Part shown: positions 8,723 to 17,972 of the stretch, piece by piece
How the letters are laid out: the number at the start of each line of letters is the position of its first letter
How positions within the stretch are numbered: the first letter of the stretch is position 1
From: Deltaproteobacteria bacterium
GTDB lineage: Bacteria; Desulfobacterota; Deferrimicrobia; Deferrimicrobiales; Deferrimicrobiaceae
Direction of reading: 5' to 3'
Assembly (NCBI GenBank): GCA_003105225.1
Contig: PQAK01000147.1
Coordinates: 1-44,762 of the forward strand
Length of the DNA stretch: 44,762 bases
Notes under the pieces: generated by a model
What the model saw: the letters and a program-made list of their open reading frames with translations, nothing else
What the model was told of the DNA's origin: nothing
Database searches by the model: none
Position numbers and translations under genes: made by a program

Positions 8723-10483
8723 ATGTCGATGGAAAACAGCCCCCTGACCGGCTGGCACGGAACGCTCCTTCATGTGGATCTCGCAGCGGGGACGAGCCGC
8801 GTCGAGCCCATTCCCCGCGATCTCCTGCTGGGCTACCTCGGAGGCAGAGGCCTGGGGGTGCGCCTTCTTCGCGGGGCGCACACCCTCGATCCCTTCCATG
8901 CCGACATGCCCCTGATCTTCGCCGTCGGTCCGCTGTGCGGGACGCCCGCCCCCACCGCGGCACGGCTGAACGTGGTGTCCCGCTCCCCCCTGACCGGAAC
9001 CGTATATGACTGCTCCGCCGGAGGCCGGTTCGCCCACCGCCTCAAGGCGGCAGGATTCGATGCGCTGCGCATCGTCGGACGCAGCCCCCGTCCCGCGGCG
9101 ATCTCCGTTACGCCGGAAGGGGGCGAAATCCTTCCTGCCGGCTCCCTTTGGGGGAAATCCGTCGGCGAGACGGTCCGGGCGCTCGAAGGACGGGGAAGCG
9201 TCGCGGCGATCGGGCCGGCCGGTGAGAACGGCGTCCTGTTCGCGAGCATCCTGATGGGCGAGGGGAACGCGGTGGGCCGCGGCGGGCTCGGCGCGGTGAT
9301 GGGCGGAAAGAACCTGAAGGCGATCGCGGTGAACGGAAGCCGGTCAACCGGCATCGCGGACCGCGCACGCTTCGAACGCGCCCGGCAGGACGTCATGCGG
9401 CTGTTCCGCGCCTCCCCCGTCATCTTCGGCGAACTGGGAATCAGCGAGTACGGGACGCCCGCGCTGGTCGACCTGATGCGCCAGCGGAGGATGGCCCCCA
9501 CCGAAAACTTCCGGAAGACGGTCTTCGAGGGATCGGGGAGCTATTCCGGCCCCTCCATCCGCAAGGCGTACGGCTCGAAGAAGGACGGCTGCCATGGCTG
9601 CCCCATCCAGTGCAAGAAAAGCGACCGGGAGGGGGCGCATCTTCCCGAGTACGAGACCGTCTCCCACTTCGGCGCGTTGAACGGCATCGACGACCTGGGC
9701 TCCATCGTCCGGTCGAACCGCCTGTGCAACGAGCTCGGGATGGACACGATATCGGCCGCGGCCACCCTCGCGGCGTGGGGGGAAGGAAGAGGCCGTTTCC
9801 CGGCGGCGGACGAGGTGGAGGGGCTCCTTGCCGACATGGCCTTCCTCCGGGGGGAGGGCGGCCTGCTGGCCCAGGGATCGCGCCGGGTGGCGCAGGCGCT
9901 GGGGAAACCGGGGCTGTCCATGAGCGTAAAGTCCCTCGAGCTTCCCGCCTACGACCCCCGCGGCGCCTACGGGATGGCGCTGGCCTACTGCACGAGCAAC
10001 CGGGGCGGATGCCACCTCCGGGCCTACCCCATCTCCCACGAGATCCTGCGCAAGCCTGTTGCGACCGACCGCTTCTCCTTTTCGGGAAAGGCGCGCATCA
10101 TCAAGATCGCCGAGGACACCAACGCCGCTGTGGATTCGCTGGTCGCCTGCAAGTTCTCCTTCTTCGGCGCGACCCTGGAGGAATACGCCGAGATGCTCGC
10201 CGCCGTCACCGGGGAGGAGTTCGGCCCCCAGTCCCTGAAGGAAATCGGCGAGCGCATCTGCCTCACGGAGCGGTTCTACAACTGCGCCAACGGGTTCGAT
10301 GCGAAGGACGACCGTCTGCCCGAGCGCTTTTTCCGCGAGCCCGGGTCCAGCGGCGAGGGGATCGAGATCCCTCCCATCGACGAGAAGCGGTTCGACGAGG
10401 AGCTTCGGAAGTATTACCGGATCCGCGGGCTGACTCCCGAGGGGACCTTTTCCGACCCCGGGTACCTGTCGAGGCTCCCGTGA
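8723..10483 (+). CDS. Aldehyde:ferredoxin oxidoreductase family (tungstopterin enzyme)
   Basis: N-terminal GWHGTLLHVDL...LGGRGLGVRLL. GGKNLKAIAV. DGCHGCPIQCKK cluster motif. 586 aa, typical AOR length. The start at 8723 versus 8729 is ambiguous. Confidence 0.9.
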   Translation: MSMENSPLTGWHGTLLHVDLAAGTSRVEPIPRDLLLGYLGGRGLGVRLLRGAHTLDPFHADMPLIFAVGPLCGTPAPTAARLNVVSRSPLTGTVYDCSAGGRFAHRLKAAGFDALRIVGRSPRPAAISVTPEGGEILPAGSLWGKSVGETVRALEGRGSVAAIGPAGENGVLFASILMGEGNAVGRGGLGAVMGGKNLKAIAVNGSRSTGIADRARFERARQDVMRLFRASPVIFGELGISEYGTPALVDLMRQRRMAPTENFRKTVFEGSGSYSGPSIRKAYGSKKDGCHGCPIQCKKSDREGAHLPEYETVSHFGALNGIDDLGSIVRSNRLCNELGMDTISAAATLAAWGEGRGRFPAADEVEGLLADMAFLRGEGGLLAQGSRRVAQALGKPGLSMSVKSLELPAYDPRGAYGMALAYCTSNRGGCHLRAYPISHEILRKPVATDRFSFSGKARIIKIAEDTNAAVDSLVACKFSFFGATLEEYAEMLAAVTGEEFGPQSLKEIGERICLTERFYNCANGFDAKDDRLPERFFREPGSSGEGIEIPPIDEKRFDEELRKYYRIRGLTPEGTFSDPGYLSRLP

Positions 10484-11649
10484 GAGACCAGATCGCCAGA
10501 TACGCCGGGAAGCTCCTGGCGGACCGGTCGGCTCTCCCCGGGCATATCGCGTTCGCCGCGCACGACGACGTGCTCCTGTCGGAGGGCCATCCGAAGCTGG
10601 CCCGCCTGTGCGAAGGGGTCCTTTCCTCCTTGAGCTGCCTGGGGCTGGCCGCCGCCCGCCCTTCCCTGCCGTTTGCCGATTTCCTGGTGCGGCGGGCCGG
10701 CAAGGAAGCGTCCCGCATCGTCCCGCAGGACACGGAAACCCGGACGTTCCTGCACGACATCCCGTTCCTGCGCCGCGATGAGCTCGGGAACGACGCCCCC
10801 GCCCGGATCGCGGACCTGCTGGGAAGCCGAAAGGGGATGATCGCGGAGGGGTTGGGGATCGTCGCCGCCGGCGCCGTTACGGTCGAGCAGGCCTACATCC
10901 ACTACTCTTCCATCTTCCACGCGGCCTTCGTCAAGTACCTGCTCGATGTCCTCTCCGAAGGTTTCCGGCTCCCGGGCGAAAGGGAAGCGTTCGAGGAGTT
11001 CCGCCGAAGCTGGCTCCGGCCCCTCGACGCGGAAGGGCTCGCTTTCCGCGGCGCCCCCCTGGAAGCGCCGGAGGAGATCTTGAAGGAGATCGCCGCCGTC
11101 GGGCGGTACACCGTGGAACGCGGCCTGGTGGACTCCTTCTTCGGCAACATCTCCCTGCGGGCGGGCGGCACGATCTACATCTCGCAGACCGCGGCCAGCC
11201 TCGACGACCTGGCCGGCCGGATCGACCCGGTCCCGATGGACAACTCGTCCACCACCGGGATCACCGCCTCCAGCGAGCTCCTGGCGCACCGGCGGATCTA
11301 CGAGGAGAGCTGCGGCCGGGCCATCCTGCACGGCCACCCCAAATTCGCCGTCGCCATGAGCATGGTCTGCGAGGAAAAAGGGTGCTCCGTCACGGACTGC
11401 TGGAGGGATTGCGACAAGGTGCGGTGGCTCGGGGACACCCCGGTGGTCGCCGGAGAGATCGGAGCCGGCGGGCTGGCCAGGCGTGTCCCCCCCGTCATCG
11501 CGGGGCCGCGGAAAGCCATGGTCTACGGGCACGGGGTGTTCACCCTGGGGCTGGACGGATTCGCGGACGCCTTCCGCGCGATGGTCGACGTGGAGAACGG
11601 GTGCCGGCGGGAATATTTCCGGCGGCTTTCCCCGAAGCTCGCCGGATGA
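10480..11649 (+). CDS. Protein with a C-terminal class II aldolase/adducin domain
   Basis: GTG at 10480 overlaps the AOR stop (GTGA). C-terminal half carries FFGNISLR, SSELLAHRRIY, ILHGHP, VYGHGVFTLG (metal-binding His pattern of class II aldolases). The 679-aa track ORF 9610..11649 is mostly an alternate frame of AOR. Confidence 0.7.
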   Translation: MRDQIARYAGKLLADRSALPGHIAFAAHDDVLLSEGHPKLARLCEGVLSSLSCLGLAAARPSLPFADFLVRRAGKEASRIVPQDTETRTFLHDIPFLRRDELGNDAPARIADLLGSRKGMIAEGLGIVAAGAVTVEQAYIHYSSIFHAAFVKYLLDVLSEGFRLPGEREAFEEFRRSWLRPLDAEGLAFRGAPLEAPEEILKEIAAVGRYTVERGLVDSFFGNISLRAGGTIYISQTAASLDDLAGRIDPVPMDNSSTTGITASSELLAHRRIYEESCGRAILHGHPKFAVAMSMVCEEKGCSVTDCWRDCDKVRWLGDTPVVAGEIGAGGLARRVPPVIAGPRKAMVYGHGVFTLGLDGFADAFRAMVDVENGCRREYFRRLSPKLAG

Positions 11650-12905
11650 AATCCGTCATCGCCGCATTCCGCAGTCCCCGCCTGTTCTGGGTCCTCCTCC
11701 TGGGGTTCTCCTCCGGCATCCCTCTCGCGCTGACCGGCACGACGCTCCAGGCCTGGATGACGACCGAGAAGATCGACCTGGCGGTCATCGGCGTTTTCTC
11801 CCTGGTCGGACTACCCTACACCGTGAAATTTCTCTGGGCACCCGTGATGGACCGGTACGTCCCTCCGTTCCTGGGAAGGAGGCGAGGGTGGATGCTCGTG
11901 ACCCAGCTCGGGCTGGCCGTTGCGATCGCCGCGATGGCGTTTTCCGACCCTGCGGGAGCGACCACCCTGTTCGCCGTCCTGGCCCTGCTGGTTGCGTTTA
12001 CAAGCGCAAGCCAGGACATCGTCGTCGACGCCTACCGCACGGAGGTCCTGGAGCCCGTGGAGCTTGGCCCCGGCGCCGGCGTTCACATCCTCGGGTATCG
12101 GATCGCGATGCTGACCTCTGGCGCGATCGCCCTCATCCTGGCGGACCGCCTCCCGTGGAAAACGGTCTACCTGTTGATGGCGGGATCCCTGCTCGCGGGG
12201 ATCCTCGCCTCCGTGTTCGCCCCCGAGCCGAAGCTTGCGGAAAAACCGCCGGCCAGCATGAAGGAAGCCGTAGTGGAGCCGTTCGTCGAATTCCTGTCGA
12301 GGCCGGGTGCGTGGGGGATCCTGCTGTTCGTCATCCTCTACAAGCTGGACGTGGTGATGGCGACGGCGCTCACGACCCCCTTCCTCCTCGAGCTGGGGTT
12401 CACCATGACCGACATCGGGGCCGTGACGAAGGGGTTCGGGATGGTCGCCACGATCGTGGGGACGCTTGCGGGAGGCGCCGTGGTGGCGCGGGTGGGGATG
12501 AAGGCCTCCCTCTGGATTTTCGGCGTCCTGCAATCGGTGTCCACCCTCGCGTTCCTGGTGCTGGCGCGCCTGGGGCACCACTACCCGACGATGGTGGCGG
12601 CCATCGGGCTGGAGAACCTGTGCAGCGGGATGGGGACGGCGGCCTATGCCGCATTCCTGATGAGCCTGTGCAACAAGCGCTTCACCGCGACCCAGTACGC
12701 GATCCTCACCAGCCTGATGGCGCTGACCCGGGTCATCGTCGGGGCGCCGACGGGATATCTCGTCAAGACCTTCGGGTGGGAAACCTATTTCCTGATCTGC
12801 ATGGTCGCCGCGGTTCCGGGCCTGGTCCTGCTGCTGCAGTACCCTCGGTGGACCGCCCCTGCCCCCGCAGTCGCCGGAACCGCCGTCGCGGCCCCGCGAA
12901 GCTGA
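11646..12905 (+). CDS. ampG: AmpG-family MFS muropeptide permease
   Basis: ATG at 11646 overlaps the upstream stop (ATGA). RLFWVLLLGFSSGIPLALTGTTLQAWM, LPYTVKFLWAPVMDRY, GRRRGWML: AmpG signature region. About 12-14 TM segments. Confidence 0.85.
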   Translation: MKSVIAAFRSPRLFWVLLLGFSSGIPLALTGTTLQAWMTTEKIDLAVIGVFSLVGLPYTVKFLWAPVMDRYVPPFLGRRRGWMLVTQLGLAVAIAAMAFSDPAGATTLFAVLALLVAFTSASQDIVVDAYRTEVLEPVELGPGAGVHILGYRIAMLTSGAIALILADRLPWKTVYLLMAGSLLAGILASVFAPEPKLAEKPPASMKEAVVEPFVEFLSRPGAWGILLFVILYKLDVVMATALTTPFLLELGFTMTDIGAVTKGFGMVATIVGTLAGGAVVARVGMKASLWIFGVLQSVSTLAFLVLARLGHHYPTMVAAIGLENLCSGMGTAAYAAFLMSLCNKRFTATQYAILTSLMALTRVIVGAPTGYLVKTFGWETYFLICMVAAVPGLVLLLQYPRWTAPAPAVAGTAVAAPRS

Positions 12906-12946
12906 CCCTCGAAGCCGCGGGAATCGCGCAGGGAAACGTTAAGCGA

Positions 12947-13168
12947 TCAAACCTTCTGGCGGTGGACGATGAGTCCGTGGGTGGGATCGTACGGGGACAC
13001 GCCGACCGTGACCTTGTCCCCCACGATGACGCGGATCTTGAACCGTTTCATGTTGCCGCTCAGCTTGGCCGAGAGCGTGACTCCGTTCTCCAGGGTGACG
13101 ATATAGGTCCCCCCGCCCCTTGCCGCGGTCACCGTTCCTTCCAGTTTCGCCAGGTCGTCTTTCGACAC
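12947..13168 (-). CDS. infA: Translation initiation factor IF-1
   Basis: 73 aa. GTVTAARGGGTYIVTLENGVTLSAKLSGNMKRFKIRVIVGDKVTVGVSPYDPTHGLIVHR, an S1-like OB fold. GTG start with AAGGAG 8 nt upstream. Confidence 0.95.
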   Translation of the reverse strand: MSKDDLAKLEGTVTAARGGGTYIVTLENGVTLSAKLSGNMKRFKIRVIVGDKVTVGVSPYDPTHGLIVHRQKV

Positions 13169-13198
13169 GAGCGTTCTCCTTCAGCCGAACACTTTATC

Positions 13199-13228
13199 AT
13201 TATATCCCCCGGGAGGGGACCAATTTAA
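13199..13228 (-). promoter_or_regulatory. Candidate sigma70 promoter of infA
   Basis: On the minus strand, TATAAT (13204-13199) lies about 30 nt upstream of the GTG. A weak -35 (TTAAAT/TAAATT) sits at 17-18 nt spacing. Confidence 0.35.
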
Positions 13229-13367
13229 CACGCGCCCCCGGGCGGGGGGCCGGCGGGGATCGGCCCCTGCGGCGCACATCGTGACCATCCTGTTTTCCGG
13301 TTGGATTCGAAGGGCGGGAAGGGCGGGACCCATCCCCGCCCTTCCTCTTCCGGGTTGCACCGGGTCT

Positions 13368-14018
13368 CTAAATGAACTTCTTCGGAAACTGCTTCACGAT
13401 GCCGTCCGTGAGCGCATCGGAAAACATGAGCATGTGCGCATGGCCGAGGTCGTAGGCGTTGATGTCCGCCGCCCAGTCCTTCTTGAGACGGGAAACCACT
13501 TCGGTCGTCGTGTAATCGAGGTGCTTATACAGCATTTCGGTGAGATCCGCCTTCTTCCAGTTCGGGTTCGCGCCGCTCAGGAAGGCGGCGATGTCATCGG
13601 CGTTCGCGTACCAGCGCGTCCGCGACTTCGCCACCCCGTCGTTGTCGCCGGTCTTGGCGGCCTTGACGAGGTCGGCGGCGATCAGGATATGATCCCTCAA
13701 CAGGAGAGCCAGCTTCCCGCCCGCCTCCTCACCGTAGATCGGCTTGATGGCGTTGCCGATGTCGTCCTGGTTCCGCAACAGCCGCTCCGCCACTTTTCCG
13801 GTGTCCCCCAGATCCCCGAGAGAGCTGATGATGAAGTTCCGGGTATAGACGATGTGCTCCTCCCACAGCTGACGCATGCCGAGCCTGAGGTCTACTACCG
13901 ATGGGGGGATGCCGGCCTTGCCGGTCCCTTGATGCTCCAGCGCCCACGATGCCGCAGGCAGCATTACCGTCAGCGCCGCGATGCTTGCCGCAACCCTCAC
14001 TAAGTGGAACCGTTTCAT
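13368..14018 (-). CDS. Secreted all-helical protein of unknown function
   Basis: Start taken at MKRFHLVRVAASIAALTVMLPAASWA (Sec signal). The mature part is helical-repeat-like. I recognise no catalytic motif. Confidence 0.55.
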   Translation of the reverse strand: MKRFHLVRVAASIAALTVMLPAASWALEHQGTGKAGIPPSVVDLRLGMRQLWEEHIVYTRNFIISSLGDLGDTGKVAERLLRNQDDIGNAIKPIYGEEAGGKLALLLRDHILIAADLVKAAKTGDNDGVAKSRTRWYANADDIAAFLSGANPNWKKADLTEMLYKHLDYTTTEVVSRLKKDWAADINAYDLGHAHMLMFSDALTDGIVKQFPKKFI

Positions 14019-14088
14019 GGCTGTCGTCTCCTTCTCGAGAAGTAGGTCGTTCCGACCTGACATCAAGGTACCATCTTACTTACAATAA

Positions 14089-14115
14089 GTCAAATAATAA
14101 TTTATTTAATTTGAC
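14089..14115. promoter_or_regulatory. AT-rich imperfect palindrome in a divergent promoter region (candidate operator)
   Basis: GTCAAATAATAA-T-TTATTTAATTTGAC lies between the divergent genes 13368-14018(-) and 14162-14797(+). It overlaps a TTGACA hexamer (14111-14116). Confidence 0.4.
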
Positions 14116-14161
14116 ATTAGGCCCGCCCGGGGGCATCCTGATAGCTGGGAAGGAGGTCCCC

Positions 14162-14797
14162 ATGGAAAGAACCCCGTGGAACGGCGGAAAGACACCGGGA
14201 GCGCGGGACCGGATCGTTCAGCTCCTGCGCAGGCGGCAGCACACCGTCGAGGCCCTGGCCGGCGAGATCGGGGTCACGGAAAACGCGGTCCGCGCCCAGA
14301 TCGCCTTGCTGCAGCGGGAAGGCCTGGTCGAGGTCCAGGGGGAGGTCAAGGGCGCCCGTAGGCCCGCGGCGATCTACGGGCTGCGCCCCGGGGCGGATGT
14401 GCAGTTCTCCAGGGCCTATCCCGTCATGCTCTCCCACCTGGTCCGGATCCTCGGCCGGAAGCTTCCCGATGCCGAGTTCCGGTCCGTCATGCGCGAACTT
14501 GGCCGGCAGATGGCGGCCTCCGGGCCATTGCCCGTGGAGGACCCCCGGGAGCGCATCCGGGCCGCTCTCGACTTCCTCCGTCTGCTGGGGTCCGCTGCGG
14601 AGGCGGTCGAGGAAAACGGCAGGTTCGTGATCACCGGTTTCGGCTGCGCCATCGGCGAGGCCGTAAGCGCCGATGCGCGCTCCTGCATCGCGATGGCTGC
14701 GCTTCTTCAGAAGCTGACGGGGCTCCCGGTATCCGAGCGATGCGGGCATGGCGACCGGCCCAGCTGCCGGTTCGAGATCCGGCTGCCGGGGAAATGA
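14162..14797 (+). CDS. Winged-helix (ArsR/IclR-like N-terminal HTH) transcriptional regulator with a Cys-containing C-terminal domain
   Basis: RIVQLLRRRQHTVEALAGEIGVTENAVRAQIALLQREGLVEV is a clear wHTH. C-terminal GFGCAIGE...CGHGDRPSCRF suggests a ligand or metal site. Confidence 0.7.
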   Translation: MERTPWNGGKTPGARDRIVQLLRRRQHTVEALAGEIGVTENAVRAQIALLQREGLVEVQGEVKGARRPAAIYGLRPGADVQFSRAYPVMLSHLVRILGRKLPDAEFRSVMRELGRQMAASGPLPVEDPRERIRAALDFLRLLGSAAEAVEENGRFVITGFGCAIGEAVSADARSCIAMAALLQKLTGLPVSERCGHGDRPSCRFEIRLPGK

Positions 14798-14810
14798 CCG
14801 CGGACCTCAA

Positions 14811-14850
14811 AAAGGGGCTACGGCCTGAACCGCAGCCCCTTTGACTTTCC
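14811..14850 (+). terminator. Hairpin terminator, copy 1 of the AAAGGGGCTACGGCC repeat family
   Basis: AAAGGGGCTACGGCCTGAACCGCAGCCCCTTTGACTTTCC. Stem GGGGCTACGG / CCGCAGCCCC followed by a T-rich tail. It sits between convergent genes. Confidence 0.6.
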
Positions 14851-14853
14851 GCC

Positions 14854-15096
14854 TCATTCCTTCGCCGGGATTCCGGAGTCTCCCTTGAGAAGCCTCGTAT
14901 CCGGGGAGACGGATTCGAAAAAGCAGTCCTCCCGCCACAGGCAGCTTTCCTGGTCGCACTCCTCCTCCATGGCGGTCCCGTAGCAGTCGAAGTTCCCCTC
15001 GGCGCGCTGGATGGCGCGGACCAGGTCGGCTTTCTCGACCATCTTCGTGCGAATCCCCATTTTCACGGCAATCCTGCGGATCTCCTGGATGTCCAT
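14854..15096 (-). CDS. Small SAP / Rho-N-like domain protein with a Cys-rich C-terminus
   Basis: Start MDIQEIRRIAVKMGI preceded by AAGGAGG. LVRAIQRAEG helix-extended-helix, then CYG...CDQESCLWREDC. Confidence 0.6.
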   Translation of the reverse strand: MDIQEIRRIAVKMGIRTKMVEKADLVRAIQRAEGNFDCYGTAMEEECDQESCLWREDCFFESVSPDTRLLKGDSGIPAKE

Positions 15097-15448
15097 GGCG
15101 CCTCCTTTACCTGTGGAGCTACCGGTAAATGCGTTTCCTATGCTTCGGTGACGACGGCCGAGGACTTGAATGCGCCGGAAACCGGGATTCTCCACTGAAG
15201 AAACGATCGGCAGGTTGACGGGCCGCTGGGACTCGCATTTTCATTATACAGGCAGACGGTCTCTCTACGCCGGCTTTCTCCCGAAGCCCCGAACGCGTCA
15301 GGACCGACACCGACCCGGCCGCTTCCCCAAGAAGGCGATGCCTTCGATTCGCGACGGTTTTTACGCTATTTCATATCGATAATTTTAAATATAATGGAAA
15401 TGACGGGGGGAAGAAGGCATCCTGGCAACCGGCGATCCACCTGCAGGG

Positions 15449-16201
15449 GTGGTGGCCCCCGTGCTGCATCTTGTCGACATCGGGCTCGTGGTCGAAGGCA
15501 GACCGATCCTTCACGATCTCAACCTGCGCGTTCTTCCCGGGGAGATCCACGCCATCCTCGGGATGAACGGCGCCGGCAAGTCCACGCTCGCCTCGGTGGT
15601 CATGGGCCTGTCCGGGGCTTCCCCGACATCCGGGAATATCTACTTCCGGGGCGACGACATCACCGCCCTGCCCATCTCGGCCCGGGCGAAACTCGGCATC
15701 ACCCTCGCCTGGCAGGAGCCGGCGCGGTTCGAGGGGCTGACGGTCGGCGAGTACCTGGAGCTGGGAAGCCACGGGCCCCGGGCCGGCGGTCCGCCCGCAG
15801 AGAAGTGCCTCCGCCTGGTGGGGCTTCCACCCGACAGGTATCTCCGGCGCACCGTCGACTCCACCTTGAGCGGCGGCGAGCGGAAACGCGTGGAACTGGC
15901 CTCCATCCTCTCGATGGGGCCCCTGCTCTCCATCCTCGACGAGCCGGATTCCGGCATCGACGCGCTCTCCCTGAACCTGATCCTGGATGCGGTCCGGGTC
16001 CTTGCGAAAAACGGGGCCTCCGTGCTCCTGATCACCCACCAGATCGAGGTCGCCGGTTCGGCGGACCGGGCTTCGTTCTTATGCGGCGGCACCATCCTGA
16101 GGACCGGCGATCCCCGGGAAATCGGCCGCTTTTTCCGGATGCATTGCCAGGAATGCCCCAATATGGGGGCGCTTCCCGGGGAGGTCGCGCTGCATGGCTG
16201 A
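15449..16201 (+). CDS. sufC: SufC-like Fe-S cluster assembly ABC ATPase
   Basis: Walker A GMNGAGKST, signature LSGGERKR, Walker B LSILDEPDSGID, H-loop ITHQ. GTG start (15449 or 15461). Confidence 0.85.
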   Translation: MVAPVLHLVDIGLVVEGRPILHDLNLRVLPGEIHAILGMNGAGKSTLASVVMGLSGASPTSGNIYFRGDDITALPISARAKLGITLAWQEPARFEGLTVGEYLELGSHGPRAGGPPAEKCLRLVGLPPDRYLRRTVDSTLSGGERKRVELASILSMGPLLSILDEPDSGIDALSLNLILDAVRVLAKNGASVLLITHQIEVAGSADRASFLCGGTILRTGDPREIGRFFRMHCQECPNMGALPGEVALHG

Positions 16202-17144
16202 CTACACGAAGGAATTCCTGATGATGACCAAGGCCTACGAGGCGAGCGGCGGCGATCCGGCCTCCCTGTCCGACGGAAGGATTGCCGGTCTGACGGTAAG
16301 TCATCGGAAAATCCTTCGGAGCAATGATGCCCCCGGGGTCCGCATCGACGGCGAAGCAACCCCGACGGGCGTCAAGGCGAAGATCACGGTCGATCCCGGC
16401 GCAAACGTCGAATACCCGGTCCACCTGTGCTTCGGCGTATTGCCGAAGGAAGGAATACAGGAGATCGTCTCGGAATTCCACGTGGGGGACGGCGCGAAGG
16501 TGACTTTTCTCGCGCACTGCGTGTTCCCGAACGCCGTGAAGGTTCGCCACGTGATGGACGCGCGGATCCACGTGGGGAAACACGCAAGCCTCCAATATTC
16601 CGAAACGCATTACCACGGCGAGGAAGGAGGCGTGGAGGTGCTGCCGACCGCAAGGATCGTCGTCGACGAGGGAGGGACGTACCGTAGCCTGTTCAAGCTC
16701 GTCCAGGGGACAGCCGGTGACCTGCGGATCGACTACGAGGCCGACATCGGCAAGAACGCCCTCTGCGAGATGGATGCCCGGGTCTACGGCAAGCGGAACG
16801 ATTCCATCCGCGTCAAGGAGTCCCTTTATCTAAACGGTGAGAAGTCGAGGGGGCTTGCGAAGAGCCGGATCGTCGCCTCCGATCATTGCGTCAGCGAAGT
16901 CGTCGGGGAAGCGATCGGAAACGCGCCGGGCGCGAGGGGCCACGTGGACTGCCTGGAGATCGTGAAGGGAAAGGATGCGCGCGCGAGCGCCGTCCCAAGG
17001 CTCCTCGTAGTCGATGACCGGGCCAAATTGACCCACGAGGCGGCCATCGGCAGCGTGGACAAGAAGCAGGTCGAGACGTTGATGGCTCGGGGATTGACGG
17101 AAGAGGAATCGGTGGATATCGTCGTCCGCGGGATCCTCCGGTAA
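16194..17144 (+). CDS. SufB/SufD-family Fe-S assembly scaffold protein
   Basis: 8-nt overlap with sufC. C-terminal beta-helix region with THEAAIGSVDKKQVETLMARGLTEEESVDIVVRG, typical of the SufB/D C-terminus. Confidence 0.85.
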   Translation: MADYTKEFLMMTKAYEASGGDPASLSDGRIAGLTVSHRKILRSNDAPGVRIDGEATPTGVKAKITVDPGANVEYPVHLCFGVLPKEGIQEIVSEFHVGDGAKVTFLAHCVFPNAVKVRHVMDARIHVGKHASLQYSETHYHGEEGGVEVLPTARIVVDEGGTYRSLFKLVQGTAGDLRIDYEADIGKNALCEMDARVYGKRNDSIRVKESLYLNGEKSRGLAKSRIVASDHCVSEVVGEAIGNAPGARGHVDCLEIVKGKDARASAVPRLLVVDDRAKLTHEAAIGSVDKKQVETLMARGLTEEESVDIVVRGILR

Positions 17145-17222
17145 ATCGGAAATATCGCAGTGCGGACGCGCGAAGGGGTCGCTTTCAGCATACGCCAATT
17201 CCGCATGGCTACGCCGAATGAC

Positions 17223-17268
17223 AAAGGGGCTACGGCCTAAACCGTAACCCCTTGATTTTACTGGTCGG
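17223..17268 (+). repeat. Copy 2 of the terminator repeat; a 46-nt block duplicated at 17934-17979
   Basis: AAAGGGGCTACGGCCTAAACCGTAACCCCTTGATTTTACTGGTCGG versus AAAGGGGCTACGGCCTGTGCCGTAACCCCTTGATTTTGCTGGTGGG: 41 of 46 identical, and 3 of the differences fall in the hairpin loop. Confidence 0.65.
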
Positions 17269-17308
17269 TCTTGGAGGGGAAGCGGGGTTTCCCGCTTCGG
17301 CCATGGGA

Positions 17309-17509
17309 TTATTCACCCCCCCATGAAAGCCTTTCGGGTGAAATGTAGATGTGTGAATCGATCGACGACGACGAGTACAATCTTTGGGCCAATCGCAACA
17401 GATCGGCGGCGTTATTATTCCGGTCTCCCTTCCGGCGTTCCACCAATTTCCCGATGGCTTCTGTCTTATTGGTCACGTAATCGACTCGATAGACAGTGTA
17501 CGTCTTCAT
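17309..17509 (-). CDS. Small hypothetical protein (66 aa)
   Basis: MKTYTVYRVDYVTNKTEAIGKLVERRKGDRNNNAADLLRLAQRLY... with a G-rich SD-like stretch upstream. It lies in a visibly AT-richer segment. Confidence 0.4.
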   Translation of the reverse strand: MKTYTVYRVDYVTNKTEAIGKLVERRKGDRNNNAADLLRLAQRLYSSSSIDSHIYISPERLSWGGE

Positions 17510-17594
17510 ATCCCCCCACCATCCTGATACGACGATTAGAAAGTTTCTAACTGGATATTCTGGAAATGTCAACAAGTAATGAACTGCGGGATAT

Positions 17595-17864
17595 CTACAT
17601 CAACCGGGCCACTTTATCATCCAACCGAATTACATCCGATGGAATGTAGCAAAGAGAGGGGTGTCGGATGCAACCCTGTGCGACCTGGAGAAGTCCAATG
17701 GCCCCTGCTCCAAGAACACCTGTTCTTTCGACTTCGGACAGGATAATCGCCCTTAATCTATTCCAACAGGAACATGACGCTCCGGTTGAGCCACGGGGAG
17801 CCGCAGCCTTCATCCGGAACCATTGATGGGACCTGCCCGGGTACCCGGATTCCCATGAGCGCAT
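17595..17864 (-). CDS. Doubtful ORF or gene remnant in the AT-richer islet
   Basis: The 89-aa ORF has no recognisable motif. Neighbouring frames also give short protein-like stretches interrupted by stops, which suggests decay. Confidence 0.2.
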   Translation of the reverse strand: MRSWESGYPGRSHQWFRMKAAAPRGSTGASCSCWNRLRAIILSEVERTGVLGAGAIGLLQVAQGCIRHPSLCYIPSDVIRLDDKVARLM

Positions 17865-17933
17865 CGGTCCCTACGACGAAAGCTTGCAGGAAACGATTTA
17901 TCGAATGCGTTCCCCAAGATCCAGCCGAAAGAA

Positions 17934-17972
17934 AAAGGGGCTACGGCCTGTGCCGTAACCCCTTGATTTTGC
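17934..17972 (-). terminator. Bidirectional hairpin terminator of the tRNA operon, copy 3 of the repeat
   Basis: On the minus strand, AAGGGGTTACGGCACAGGCCGTAGCCCCTTTTTCTTTC follows immediately after the tRNA-Lys CCA end. Confidence 0.65.

Noticed and set aside
8714-8731. Extended -10-like TGGTATAGT only 4-10 nt before the AOR start codons, which would suggest a leaderless mRNA.
   Set aside because: The -35 (GGAACA) is weak and there is no supporting evidence. It needs TSS data, so I did not list it as a feature.
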